Assembly (NCBI GenBank): GCA_951406725.2
Contig: OX597823.1
Coordinates: 36,394,001-36,458,000 of the forward strand
DNA length: 64,000 nucleotides
DNA from: Octopus vulgaris
Lineage: Eukaryota
Direction of reading: 5' to 3'
The position numbers were made by a program, and so were the translations under genes. Below are positions 52,030 through 64,000 of the stretch, piece after piece; position 1 is the stretch's first letter, and every line of letters begins with the position of its first letter. The notes beneath the pieces were generated by a model, which worked only from the letters and a program-made list of their open reading frames with translations, searched no databases and was not told the origin of the DNA.

Positions 52030-53880
52030 TATATATAGAAAAAGCAGCTCTAAATGAAGTAAAAGCTAGAAAGAAAAAGTTTAACAATAGCATGGATAGA
52101 TTATAGGTAAGCCTATGACATGATCCCACACTCATCGATAAGTGGATGTTTGAGTATATTCAGTATAGCAGACAATATAAGAGAATTAATTAGCTTTAGC
52201 ATGAAGAAATGGAAAGTAGATCTTTACTCAGGTGACACACTCTTAGGGAAAGTTAATATCAAAAGTGGAATTTTCCAGGGGGACTCATTGTCCTCTTTAA
52301 TATTTATCTTATGCTTGATGCCCCTCAGTTTAGTATTAAGGAAGGTAAAGGCAGGGTATCATTTCAGAAAAAGTAATGAAAAAATTCACCATTTGTTCTA
52401 CATGGATGATTTGAAGCTTTTTATTAAAGATGAAAATGAGATAGATTCCTTTATGCAGACTGTAAGACTCTTCAGCAAAGATATAGGCATGGAATTTGGC
52501 ATAGATAAATGTGCAATATTAATCATGAGAAGAGGACAGGTAGTTAACAGTGAAGGCATCCAATTACCAGATGGCCAGACATTAAAATCACTGAAAAGAG
52601 GAGAGAGTTATAAGTATCTAGGAGTATTAGAATCTGACAGTGTACTAACTACAGAAATGAAAACGAAAATTGAGAAGGAGCACATCAGAAGGTTGAGGAA
52701 GCTAATGAAGTCAAAACTAGGGAAGGCTGTAAATACTTGGGCAATGTTGTTACTTAGATATTCAGAAGCTTTTGTAGATTGGACAAAATCTGAATTAACA
52801 AAGCTAGATAGAATGAGGAAGGAATTCAATATGAATAGAGGACTCCACCCAAGGACAGGAGTACCAAGATTATACCTACCTAGAAAGGAAGGTGGAAGAG
52901 AGTTAATATCAGTAGAAGACTGCATGGAGTTAGCTAAAATAGATATAGACTCCTAGGTAGGTAATAGTGAAGAAAGGTTATTAAAAGCTGCTAGAGTCTC
53001 AGCAAGGCATAGGGAAACCAAAACAACAAAGAACTTAAAAACCAGAAAAAAAGAATATAAATTATCTGACTGGAAGGAGAAGGTGTCGCATGGTAGATTC
53101 CCAAAGATAGTTGCAGCAAATAGTAGTAGTGAACATGATTATGGCTGCTGAAAGGAAAGCTGAAGAAGGAAACAGGAAATTTTTTTAGTAACTGCACAAG
53201 ATCAAGCATTAAGAACTAATTGGATAAACGTCAAGATAGACAAAAACCAATTAAGTTTCCCAATGTAGATTATGCAAATCAAAGGAGGAAAGTGTTACTT
53301 ATATAGTAAGTGATTGTAGCATGCTGGCACAGAAAGAATACAAGAAAGGACATGACAATCTAGGGAAAGCAATCCACTGGGAGCTATGTAGAAAACTAGG
53401 ATTTGAACATACTGATAAATGGTATGAACATGAAAGTAAGAAATACAAGGTGCTGTGGGGCTTTAATATTCATACTGACAGAGTAATAGAAGCTAGAAAG
53501 CCTGATTGGTAGTAGTAGATAAAGAGAATAGAAAGTACCAGTTAATTGACTTTATAGTCCCAAATAATGAAAAAATTAATATGAGAAGTATAGAAAAATA
53601 TCAAAGTATCAAGACCTAGCTATTGAATTACAGAGACTATGGGAAGTGTGGATAAAATGTATCCCAGTAGTTATAGGTGTATTGGGACCTATCCCTAAAG
53701 ATCTAAACAGATGGATAGAGGAAATAGGCATAAAACCCAGTGTAGTACAGCTGCAGAAAACAGTGTTATTAGGGACAGCTAGGATACTTAGGAAGGTTCT
53801 TGGCATCTAAGGCTACTTGTTGTAGCCTGATGTTAGGATTCTTTTCTTTTCCAACAGTCTAATCTGTTAAGTGTATAACA
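52030..53880 (+). mobile_element. R4/Dong-clade non-LTR retrotransposon (RT, zinc knuckle, RLE), decayed
   Basis: GIFQGDSLS, HLFYMDDLKL, YKYLGV, RLYLPRKEGGR; CRLCKSKEESVTYIVSDC; HDNLGKAIHWELC; RKPD; ends in (CAA)/(AAT)n. Confidence 0.9.
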
Positions 53881-53897
53881 ACAACAACAACAACAAC

Positions 53898-53949
<52 letters not shown>

Positions 53950-53950
<1 letters not shown>

Positions 53951-54936
53951 AAATATCCACAAAACACAAACAAAACAAAAAACTGTTTTTAGTCTTTAAG
54001 GAAGCTGACAAATACAAAAAAGAAGTCATAGTACCTAACAACTAAGAAGAAAAAGAAGAAACAAGAGCTACAAAACAACTGAAATCCACTCTAAAACTGG
54101 AACAGCAATGGATCATGATAAAATGATGACAAGAAAAGCCCCGTCATGGTAAATATTGGGTCAAACGAAACAGAAAAGAAATAGACAAAGCAAATCCCAA
54201 CAATGGCTGAGAAGCTCAGGGCTCAACAGAGACTGAAGGATTTTTAATTGAAGCACAAGATCAAAACCTTCCTACCAGAAATTACCAAAAACATGTAATG
54301 AAAAGAAATAAAGTAACTGCAGAATATGTGGAGATGGAGAAGAAACAATAAATCATATTGTCTCTGGCTGTCCAGTCCTGACTAAGAAGGAATATATTCA
54401 CAGACATGACAGAGTTGGGACTATGTCAACACTATGGAACAACAACCGGAAAAAATGGTATAGACACTTGCCAGAAAAGGTCAAAGAAAAAGAGAAAGCA
54501 ACCATACTCTGTGATATGCCAATACACACAGATAGAGAAATTAAGGACAATAAGCCAGATATAGTTGTCAGAGATCATGAAGAAAAACAATGCTTTCTAA
54601 TTGATGTATCAATACCAACAGATGACAACATTTCTCTAAAAGAAACGGAGAAGCTTTCAAAATACAAAGACCTGGAAATAGAAGTAACTTGAATGTTGAG
54701 TCTAAAAACAGAAATAATTCCTATCATAGTAGGCACATTAGGTATGATAAAAAAATATTCAGACATATGTATAAAAAAAAACACCAGGACTAACAAGTAT
54801 ATATAACATACAGAAAATAGCACTACTAGGCACCGCACACATCCTACATAAAACTCTTTCAAGGCAGTAAAAATAAGAGCATCAGAACAAATCACAGCAC
54901 ATACCCAAATGAAAGCACATGATAAAAATAAGATTA

Positions 54937-54940
<4 letters not shown>
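53950..54940 (+). mobile_element. Second R4/Dong 3' fragment
   Basis: CRICGDGEETINHIVSGC, HDRVG, DNKPDIVV..FLIDVSIP..KYKDLEIE; (AAT)n tail. Confidence 0.85.
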
Positions 54941-54985
<45 letters not shown>

Positions 54986-55049
54986 TAATATAATAATTTT
55001 TTAATAATGATGATGATGATAATGATGATGATGATGATGATACTTTTTA

Positions 55050-55250
55050 TTATAGGCATAAGGCCTTAGATTTTGGGAGAGGGGAAAAGTTGATTACATC
55101 AACCCCATTGCTCAACTGGTACTTGTTTTAGTGGCCCCAAATAGATGAAAGGTAAAGGTGACCTTGGCAGAATTTGAATTCAGAATGTAGAGAAGAATGA
55201 AATGCTGCTTAGCATTTTGTTCTAATGATTCTGCCAGCTCACCACACCTT
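55050..55250 (-). mobile_element. SINE family B, decayed
   Basis: actggtactt..gatgaaagg..aatttgaattcagaa..tctgccagctcacc, as at 45139. Confidence 0.7.
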
Positions 55251-55339
55251 GATAACAATAACAACAACAACTAAAACAACAACAATAATAATGAATGAAA
55301 CTTAAAAATAGGTGGATAAAGAATGAAAATAAGTGGATA

Positions 55340-56010
55340 AAGAATGAAAATAAGTGGATAAAGAAAAGAATGCATGAACGATTTATAGAGATGTTGAAGA
55401 TAAGACAGACAGAGAAAAAAGATGGCTATGGATGACTAAAATGATATAAAACTGGAAACGGAGGTTCTAATCTGTGCTGACCAAAAGCAAGCATTAAGAA
55501 CCAATTACATCAAATACAGAATAGACAACACATCAGAAAGTGATAAGTGCAGAATTTGGGGAGAAAATGGAGAAACTGTATGGCATATTATCAGTTAGGA
55601 TTGTCCATTGGACACTTTGCAACAAGTATGGACTTGACAGAGCAAAAATGTGGTATGACCATAAACCTGAAGGCATCATTGTAAATGATAATACAAAGAC
55701 CCTATAGGATTTTATGATTCAGTACAACCATGAGATACAGAATAGGAAACCAGACATAGAGTTAATTGAGAAAGAAAGCAAACGATGCTGGGTCATAGAT
55801 ATAGCAAGCCCATCTAATAACAAGGTAGGAAGAAAGAAAAGTCGATATATATGACAGGTTAGCTTGAGAGGTTAAGCAGTTGTGGTCACTTGAAAAGGTG
55901 GTAGTAGTACCAATAACTGTCGGAACCCTGGGGACAGTGAGTAAAAATCTTGAGAAGTACATGGAACAAATAGGGGCTGCAATGAAGGTGGAGCACTGGT
56001 AGTGAACTGG
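55340..56010 (+). mobile_element. Third R4/Dong 3' fragment
   Basis: ALRTNYIKYRID..KCRI..ETVWHIIS, NRKPD, CWVIDIA.P, VVVPITVGTLG. Confidence 0.8.
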
Positions 56011-56499
56011 TTGTGAACAGCTGACACCGTAGTACATCTCCAGAATTAGAAGCTGTGCAAAGACAATAATAATAATAATCCTTTCTACTGTGGTCACAAG
56101 GCCTGAAAATTGTGGGGAGGGATTATATTGATTACATTGACATCACCAAGAGGTCACCAAGGCACTGCAAAAACTAAGCAATTGGAAGGCACCCTGACAC
56201 GACAAGATCCTCAATTTCTGGCCAAAATATTTAACAGTGTCCAATTGAGAATATTGAAACTGTAATTTATGACTAAGATAGCTAGGGTGTTGATACCTAC
56301 TATCTTGTTTTTCAGATTTACCTGTTTTAAGTATTAGTCTAACTCATCTATAGTATCCCTTCCTTTTCTTCTCTTTTATTTATGTATATTGTACCATATC
56401 TAGTTCATTGATTTCTAAGTATCTGCATGTCTGGGTTTGATCTAATTCTCTTATTTCATTTTCTTTCTATAGTTTGATATTGTTACTAAATAGTGATGG

Positions 56500-57950
56500 A
56501 TGATAAAAAACCTCTGGAATTGAAAAGCTTGCTGCAACAACACCTTATTCTTCCATATACATCGACTTTGACTCTGAAGGCAATGGGAATAGGGAGCTGA
56601 TCTTGGTTATGTAAGTCACTAATGTTTGCTATGGGTAAAGTGTCAACTCAATCTCCAGAAAATTTGGCTCTCACAGAAAGTAGATGACACCTTGAGTATC
56701 AACTGATCTAACTGATTAAAAAGACAGCTGAAAATATGTTTTAACTGTAAATTGTCCCAAACACTCTGAGTCAATTTTCCCCAATCTAGAACTAACAACT
56801 GAAGCACACTCCACAGTTGTAGACCTTTATCCACCTCTCTGTTGGAGGTAGTCGAAATGGAAAGGAAAGAATGTTATCTACTAGTGAAGTAAGCATGAAT
56901 GGAATAACAGAATTTGGGAAGCAACAGAGAGGAGCATTTGCTTAAACCTAAACCATGACAGATCATTTGGGCAATGCTACCAAGCAAGGGATACTGAAAG
57001 GAGTTTAACATTGACTAAACTTTCAAGTTTCTCATGAATTAGATGTCATTGTAGAGGCAGCAAGAATATGAATGAGGGACTGGTCCACAATATGTAAGCT
57101 TAGGGGTTGATAAATAATTCCTCAGAATAAAAGAAGCCTTGATGGAGTTTATTTACATCAATATTTTTCAGTAATCGTTTGAGTTTTGACATCTTAGAAA
57201 GAAAAGTGGGTTCAAAAACAAAATGGTAAATTGAGATCTCAGATGGTGAAAGATCCTGATGGATGAGCAGAACTCATTGACAACTAAGTTCCTCAATCAT
57301 CAAATTTGCGGTAGTGAGGACCTTATCTGACATGGGCTCCAAAACAAGCTGTTCAAATCTATAAACTTCATTCTATCAATATTGTATTGTCAATGCCATA
57401 TGCAACTAATGCAGGATTAAGTGGGTCACCTAGTTGAACAACCAGGACAAAAAGAATGTGCTGATTTTAATTTGAGGGATCCTGATAAACTTGCCATGCA
57501 AAGTGGTAGAGCTCTAGAGTCTTCTCTTTCACTGAGTTGCAAATAACATCCCAACTGAGTGAATTGAAAGTGCTTTTAAAATCAAGTTTGAAAAATGTTC
57601 AAGGGGCCTCATCAGGAGAATTTATGACTCCTGAATTGTTGCTTTGCACCTCAGTTTTGTGTCAGTGAATTGGATAACCTCATTAGGTTTATAGAGATTA
57701 AATAACTTAGTACTAAAAGCACAGGGTATATGTAGAGTAGGATACTCTCAGAAGAAAATGTGTTCACGAACTGAGAGCCAGTGTCATCAACTAACATATA
57801 TCGTCTTTTAACATGTTTGAGGCCAGGGGTTAAAAGCAGTAATTTGAAAAGCATTGGAAATAATCAACTGGAAGTATTGATGGAAGTTTAGTTCATATCA
57901 GATCAGGGGCTCAGCATTACATTGAACAAGAACGCAGACAAATCCTTCGA
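56500..57950 (-). pseudogene. CRE-like non-LTR retrotransposon RT relic
   Basis: Minus strand gives DFKSTFNSL (cf. DF.NAFN), VQLGDPLNPALVAYGID (cf. GVQQGDPLGP), QSVWD and LPIANI..DQLPIPIAFRV; heavily decayed. Confidence 0.55.
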
Positions 57951-59084
57951 TGTCATAGTCACTGAATTTAGCATTGATGATATTATATCTATTCCATTTT
58001 ATTTACCCCGGACTTGAGAATAAAAATAAAAAGGTAGATTAGAAAAATACATGGAATGTTAATGAAAGTAGTTATATTTTATCTGTAAAAATAAAAAAAA
58101 AATAAATCGTAGAAGACAAAAAAAAAAAAAATGAATGTAGCGAATTTAGATCACAGAATGTTGGGTTTATGTGATTACGAAATAGGCTCAAAAGTTATGT
58201 CAAAAATACTATTTTCCGATCAGACATTTGTGATAAACACAGATGACAAAACAACGACGACAATGATTTGTCTTTGCTCATAAGTGTAATAAATAAAATT
58301 TCGCTAAAGATTGTTTTCAGGTATTTAATTTATGTTCTGGCTGTTTTCTCTCCATAAACATACGGATAAATTATTTTTGTTAGATTTAGTGAAAACATTA
58401 ACGAAAGAGTTACAAAAATAAATTGTAAAGTATTTCTTCATGACCGAGAAATAAAATATGATAATTAATTAATGATTGGTGTAATTAATGAAACTACCCT
58501 CCTTATCTCGAATGAAAAATTAAAAGATATGAGAATGTAATTCGAAGAAAAAGTATTTGATGTCGAGTAGAAAAGGAAATGAAAATTAAGATGTCAGAAA
58601 AGAAAAGAACTTCCAAATTTCTTATGCTTTGGATTATTTGCTTCTTATGTAAGCAGGAAGTTTTAAGTAGGGAAATGGAAATTTGTGCTGCTGATGCCTC
58701 TCCTAACAGAAAACAAAGTGAAACGATTCCAACTGCATATCAAAAACGGTCCTTCTGTTTTTTGTTTGCTTTTTTTTGGTGAAAAGTGTAAAGCAAAAGA
58801 AATGTGATATGCAGGAAGATGAGAGAGAAAGAAGTATGTCTCTATAACAGGCAGAGTGAAGAATCATAATGCAGCATAATACATGGCTGTATAGTAGAGG
58901 GTAGGAGATAAGAAGAAATTGTAAGTCGATTAATCGATCACAACACGTACTGAGAAATAATAATTATTCTTGTTCAATAAATAAAATTCAATCATAGAGC
59001 TATATGTCGATGTATCATCGTAGGGATATATAAATATATATACATATATATATATATACATTAATAAACCCAGTAACGTTTCTC

Positions 59085-59220
59085 TCTGCAGTGGGGTGGC
59101 TTTTTTTCTGGTGACGTCACACCGACCGTCATCCGGGTGATTCATCATGGCTGCTCTATTTACAACATTGTTATAATGCTTCATCGGGCTCCATTTCCGG
59201 AATTTCCGTGAAGGTTTGTC
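59085..59220 (+). promoter_or_regulatory. Candidate housekeeping-type promoter/first exon
   Basis: Palindromic CRE gtgacgtcac (59111-59120), YY1-like catggctgc, ETS-like ttccggaa/ttccg, CpG retention, possible donor GAAG|gtttgt at 59214. Confidence 0.4.
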
Positions 59221-60798
59221 ATGTTCTTTTATTTTTTAAACACTTCAGAAAAGGATCTTTCTAAAACAGTATCGATAATTTAGGTTAAGGTTACGTTGCA
59301 CAACTAGTGCAGGCGGGATAACAGAGGTCGTTCAGATGCTTGATTCATTATAGTTCTTCAATGCTTCTTTTTGTCCACATTTGAACAAATCAACACTCCT
59401 ACTATCTGCTTGCTAAATTAGTTTAATGCCTTCTCAACTCTTGTATATAAACAACTTTAGGTGTTAACTGTATATATGTTACTGTCATCTATTATTCATT
59501 AGGGCAACCTCTTCCACCCTTGTGTTTCATCATCAAACCCAGCAACCCATGTGATTGCCTCATACATTGTCTTCGTGTTGTCATTTCTTTACCTTTGTTG
59601 TTCTTATATTCTGCTCATTAGTAACTTACAACAGCTAATAAAACGATATTTATTTCTCCTAAAAGAACCTGCTACACTAAATAGACCCACCTAATAGTCT
59701 TTTGTAGTTTGTCGGACACTGATTTCTCTCCCTCATTATTCTGTTTTCACTAAGTCTTCCACATTTCTTTTCGTTTCCCTCACTTGTCACCAACAGTTGA
59801 GCTATTATCGAAGGGAATTGAAAACAATGGAGCAGAAAACAAGCGAAAACAATCCCGAATATGATATTTTAAACAACATTATTGCTTTGAAGACAGTTGA
59901 CAAATATCATAGCTACAAATATAGTAAAATTCCAATCCACTTGTGTCAGTCTGGCTTATTTTTTTGTATCTAAATCTGTGATAATCCAACTTTAAATATT
60001 CATTTACTCAAACGTATAGATATATAATATACGGATGTGTTTGGGTGTGTACCCTTGACGTAGTGGGGAGTAATCAATACATGTAATTGAGTATCAACTT
60101 CGAAATATGATTAATATATATATGTGTGTGTATATATATATATATATATTGTGTCTGTGTATAATTCCTGAAAAATGTATATATACACAGTCATATGCAT
60201 ATTTAAATTATATTCGATAATATAAATATAGTTCTATTTTCCCTTCATGTTTTCCTATGTCTGATTTGGAGGTGAGGTTGTTTTCTGAGAAGGAAATTAG
60301 TGTCGATTCAAACTGTTTAGCAGCTTGTTCATCTTTGGTTGCAGTAGAATTAGCTCTCTCTCTCGCTCTCCGTATGCATACTAAAATAAGATATCTATGT
60401 AATGTAGAAAAAAATACAAGAAAAATAAAAACGTTTACCTTGAGTATATACGGTGTCTTGGTTTGGACATATAAACTACAAAACTCAATACATGTAATTT
60501 ATGTCTGAATATCGGATGTGTGTGTGCTTAGATATGTATGCATAACATGTTGGTTTATTTCCACTAACACTTGAAGATCTTAGGAGGCTTATTAACAAAC
60601 CTGTCTGTCTCTCATGTGTCTGTAATTTTAGACATAACTTCTGTGGTTAATTCAATTACTGGTCATTTGTAATGTTAATAAAACAACAACATATATTGAA
60701 TAAGATTTCATAAATTCATAAGTGTGTGGAAATATCTACATCTACTATATAGATAAATATAATTTTTAGAAAACAAATCCGTAGAAGCACACACTCTA

Positions 60799-60842
<44 letters not shown>

Positions 60843-60978
60843 TTGTGTGTGTGTATGTATGAATATGTATGTCTATATGTATTTATGTGTATGTATATAT
60901 GTAAGTATATATGTGTATGTATGTACATATGTATATATATATCTATATGTATATATATATGTATGTAATATATATAGA

Positions 60979-61390
60979 GGCGCAGGAGTGGCAATAGGCG
61001 CAGGAGTGGCTGTGTGGTAAGTAGCTTGTCTACCAACCACATGGTTCCGGGTTCAGTCCCACTGCGTGGCACCTTGGGCAAGTGTCTTCTACTATAGCCT
61101 CGGGCCGACTTAAGCCTTGTGAGTGGATTTGGTGGACGGAAACTGAAAGAAGCCCGTCGTATATATGTATATATTTATTATATATATATATATATATATA
61201 TGCTTGTGTTTGTCCCCTAGCATTGCTTGACAACCAATGCTGGTGTGTTTACGTCCCCGTTACTTAGCGGTTCGGCAAAAGAGACCGATAGAATAAGTAC
61301 TGGGCTTACAAAAGAATAAGTCCCGATTAAAGGCGGTGCTCCAGCATGGCCGCAGTCAAATGACTGAAACAAGTAAAAGAGTAAAGAGTA
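60979..61390 (+). mobile_element. SINE family A, full-length (first 14 nt duplicated)
   Basis: A-box-like tggctgtgtggta, B-box-like ggttcagtccc, internal (TA)n, (aaaagagt) tail. Confidence 0.88.
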
Positions 61391-61458
61391 TATATATATG
61401 TATGTATATGCATATATATGTATATATATATGTATGTACATGCATATATATGTATATA

Positions 61459-61869
61459 TACTCTTTTTACTCTTTTTAATTGTTTCAGTCATTTGACTGT
61501 GGCCATACTGGAACACCACCTTCAGTCGAGCAAATCGACCCCAGGGCTTATTCTTTGTAAGCCTAGTACTTATTCTATTGGTCACTTTTGCCGAACCGCT
61601 AAGTTACGGGGACATAAATGCACAAGCATTGGTTGTCAAGCGATGTTGAGGGTGACAAACACATACACACGCATATATATATATATACACACACACACAC
61701 ATATATACGACGGGCGCCTTTCAGTTTCCGTCTACCAAATCCACTCACAAGGCTTTGGTCGGACCGAGGCTATAGTACAAGACACTTGCCCAAGGTGCCA
61801 CGCAGTGGAACTGAACCTGAAACCATGTGGTTAATAAGCAAGCTACTTTCCACACAGCCACTCCTGCGC
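61459..61869 (-). mobile_element. SINE family A, full-length, tail-to-tail with the previous copy
   Basis: Reverse complement of 60997-61390. Confidence 0.88.
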
Positions 61870-62385
61870 ATGTATATGCATATATATGTATGTATATGCA
61901 TATATGTATATATATATGCATAAATATGTATGTATATGCATACATATGTATATGTATGTATGTATATGCATATATATATGCATGTATATGCATATAAATG
62001 GATGTATATGCATATAAATGCATGTATATGCATATAAATGGATGTATATGCATATAAATGCATGTATATGCATATATATGTATGTATATGCATATATATA
62101 TGCATGTATATGTATATATATATGCATGTATATGCATGTATATGCATATATATGTGTGTATAAGCATATATATGTATATATATGTGTGTATATGTATATA
62201 TATGTATGTATATGCATATATATGTATGTATATGGTTATATATGTATATGCATATATTTTTTATTTATTTTATTTTATCTAGTTTCAGCTCACGAGCTGT
62301 GGCCATGCTGGGGCACCGCCATTTGTATATACATAAACATGCATATATATGTATGTATATGCATATGTATGTATTTATATGCTTA

Positions 62386-62755
62386 CTAGCAGTATCGCCC
62401 GGCGTTGCTCGGGTTTGTAAGGGAAATAACTATAAAGCATTTTTAGAGAGTTATAGCCAAAAAATGGAAAAAAAATGATGGTAATTTTTTTTTTAGTTAA
62501 AAAGGTCGAGTTGCATCCTCTAGACAGTCTGTGGTTTGTGTTTCTGATTCTCGACCCCATGTCGAATTTATCGATTTTTTTCAGAACTGGGGGAACTTTT
62601 CAAAATTTTCGCTGCGTTAGTTTTGAATTATGACATTGGGCTATGTGTGTGTCAAGTTTCATCAGAATCGGTTGAAAGCCGTGGTCAGGGTGAGGGTACA
62701 ACCTACAGACACACAGAAACACACAGAGACAAACTGCCGTTTATATATAGAGAGA
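62386..62755 (-). mobile_element. Non-autonomous Helitron, 370 bp
   Basis: Minus strand: A|TCTCTCTATATATAAA..., hairpin cccgagcaacgccggg, ...CTAG|T; AT target, no TSD. Confidence 0.85.
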
Positions 62756-62759
62756 TATA

Positions 62760-64000
62760 TGTATGTATATGCATATATATGTATTTATATGCTTATATAT
62801 GTATGTATATGCATATATATGTATGTATATGCATATATATGTATGTATATGCATATATACATATGTATATGCATGTATATGTATGTATATGCATGTATAT
62901 GTATGTATATGCATGTATATGTATATGCATGTATATGCTTATATGTGTATGTATATGCATATATTTATATATATATGCATATATAAGCATACATATGTAT
63001 ATATGTGCATGTATATGCATATATATGTACATGTATATGCATATATATGTATATATGTGCATGTATATGCATATGTATGTATATATGTGCATATATATGT
63101 ATATATGTGCATGTATATGCATATATATGTATATATGTGCATGTATATGCATATATATGTATATATGTGCATGTATATGCATATATATGTATATATGTGC
63201 ATGTATATGCATATATATGTATATATGTGCATGTATATGCATATATATGTATATATGCCCGTCAGTTCAACCTTCGTATATTCCCGGTGCACCCGCCCTT
63301 GCCCACCCCCACCATCAATACCGGATATCTCTATATTTTTGCTCCATCTATACCGGATGTCGCTTCTCCCACCACCATTATAGGTGTCTACTCTTCGAAC
63401 CCCCTCTTCAATACGCTATTTCACCATGCATTACCCCTCTCTTGATATCCTACGTTCTACTTGCCTAGAACCTGTCATCATTTCTCTGAACCACCCCTCC
63501 CCACTGGTGCTCCCCTATATATTTCTGCCCCCCCCCCCATAAAAGCACCATCTGAACGTGGCCGATGCCAGACCCCTCTGGCACCTGTGCAGGTGGCACG
63601 TAAAAAACACCCACTACACTCGCGGAGTGGTTGGCGTTAGGAGGGGCATCCAGCTGTAGAAACACTGCCAGACTAGACTGGAGCCTGGGGCAGTCCCGAG
63701 CTCCCCAGACCCCGGTCGAAACCGTCCAACCCGTGCTAGCGCGGAAAACGGACGTTAAACGATGATGATGATGATGATGTGCATGTATATGCATATATAT
63801 GTATATATGTGCATGTATATATGCATATATATGTATATATGTGCATGTATATGCATATATATGTATATATGTGCATATATATGTATATATGTGCATGTAT
63901 ATGCATATATATGTATATATGTGCATGTATATGCATATATATGTATATATGTGCATATATATGTATATATGTGCATGTATATGCATATATATGTATATAT
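62760..64000. repeat. AT/GCAT-rich simple satellite, locally with 30-bp period, interrupted at ~63257-63780
   Basis: Unit gcatgtatatgcatatatatgtatatatgt repeated exactly over ~63090-63256. Confidence 0.9.
63538..63779 (+). mobile_element. RTE 3'-end-only copy, CpG-rich
   Basis: taaaagcaccatc..ggttggcgttaggagggg..ggacgttaaacgatgatgat. Confidence 0.82.

Noticed and set aside
55304-55365. 21-bp x3 tandem repeat
   Set aside because: Small slippage duplication at the 5' junction of a Dong fragment; no further significance evident.
63257-63537. C-rich irregular segment inside the satellite
   Set aside because: No recognisable motif; may be low-quality consensus sequence.
61745-63986. Tyr/Ile/Met/His-rich ORFs
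   Set aside because: Translations of simple satellite.

Overview
AT-rich, microsatellite-dense eukaryotic DNA made almost entirely of transposable-element debris. I recognise the RTE and tRNA-SINE families as typical of octopus (coleoid cephalopod) genomes; this is an inference, no search was run. No host protein-coding exon can be supported; a candidate promoter/first exon lies near 59.1-60.0 kb. Recognisable elements: many RTE LINE fragments with a tandem-repeat 3' UTR, Tx1/L1, R4/Dong, CR1-group, CRE-like and Penelope RT relics, two Gypsy relics, Helitron pieces, hAT MITEs with 8-bp TSDs, several Tc1/mariner elements including a full-length DD37D (maT) copy with an open 348-aa transposase, and two SINE families. 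The most unusual structure is a ~1-kb near-identical inverted repeat (26984-27980 / 29261-30283). Each outer end carries a minimal type I hammerhead-ribozyme-like motif with a compensatory U3-A8 core, followed by AATAAA, resembling a non-coding Penelope pLTR/retrozyme-like element. Its garbled spacer means a long-read fold-back artefact must be excluded. A separate ~565-bp fold-back hairpin lies at 33451-34015. Most ORFs in the supplied track are microsatellite or antisense-TE artefacts. Boundaries of decayed elements are approximate.
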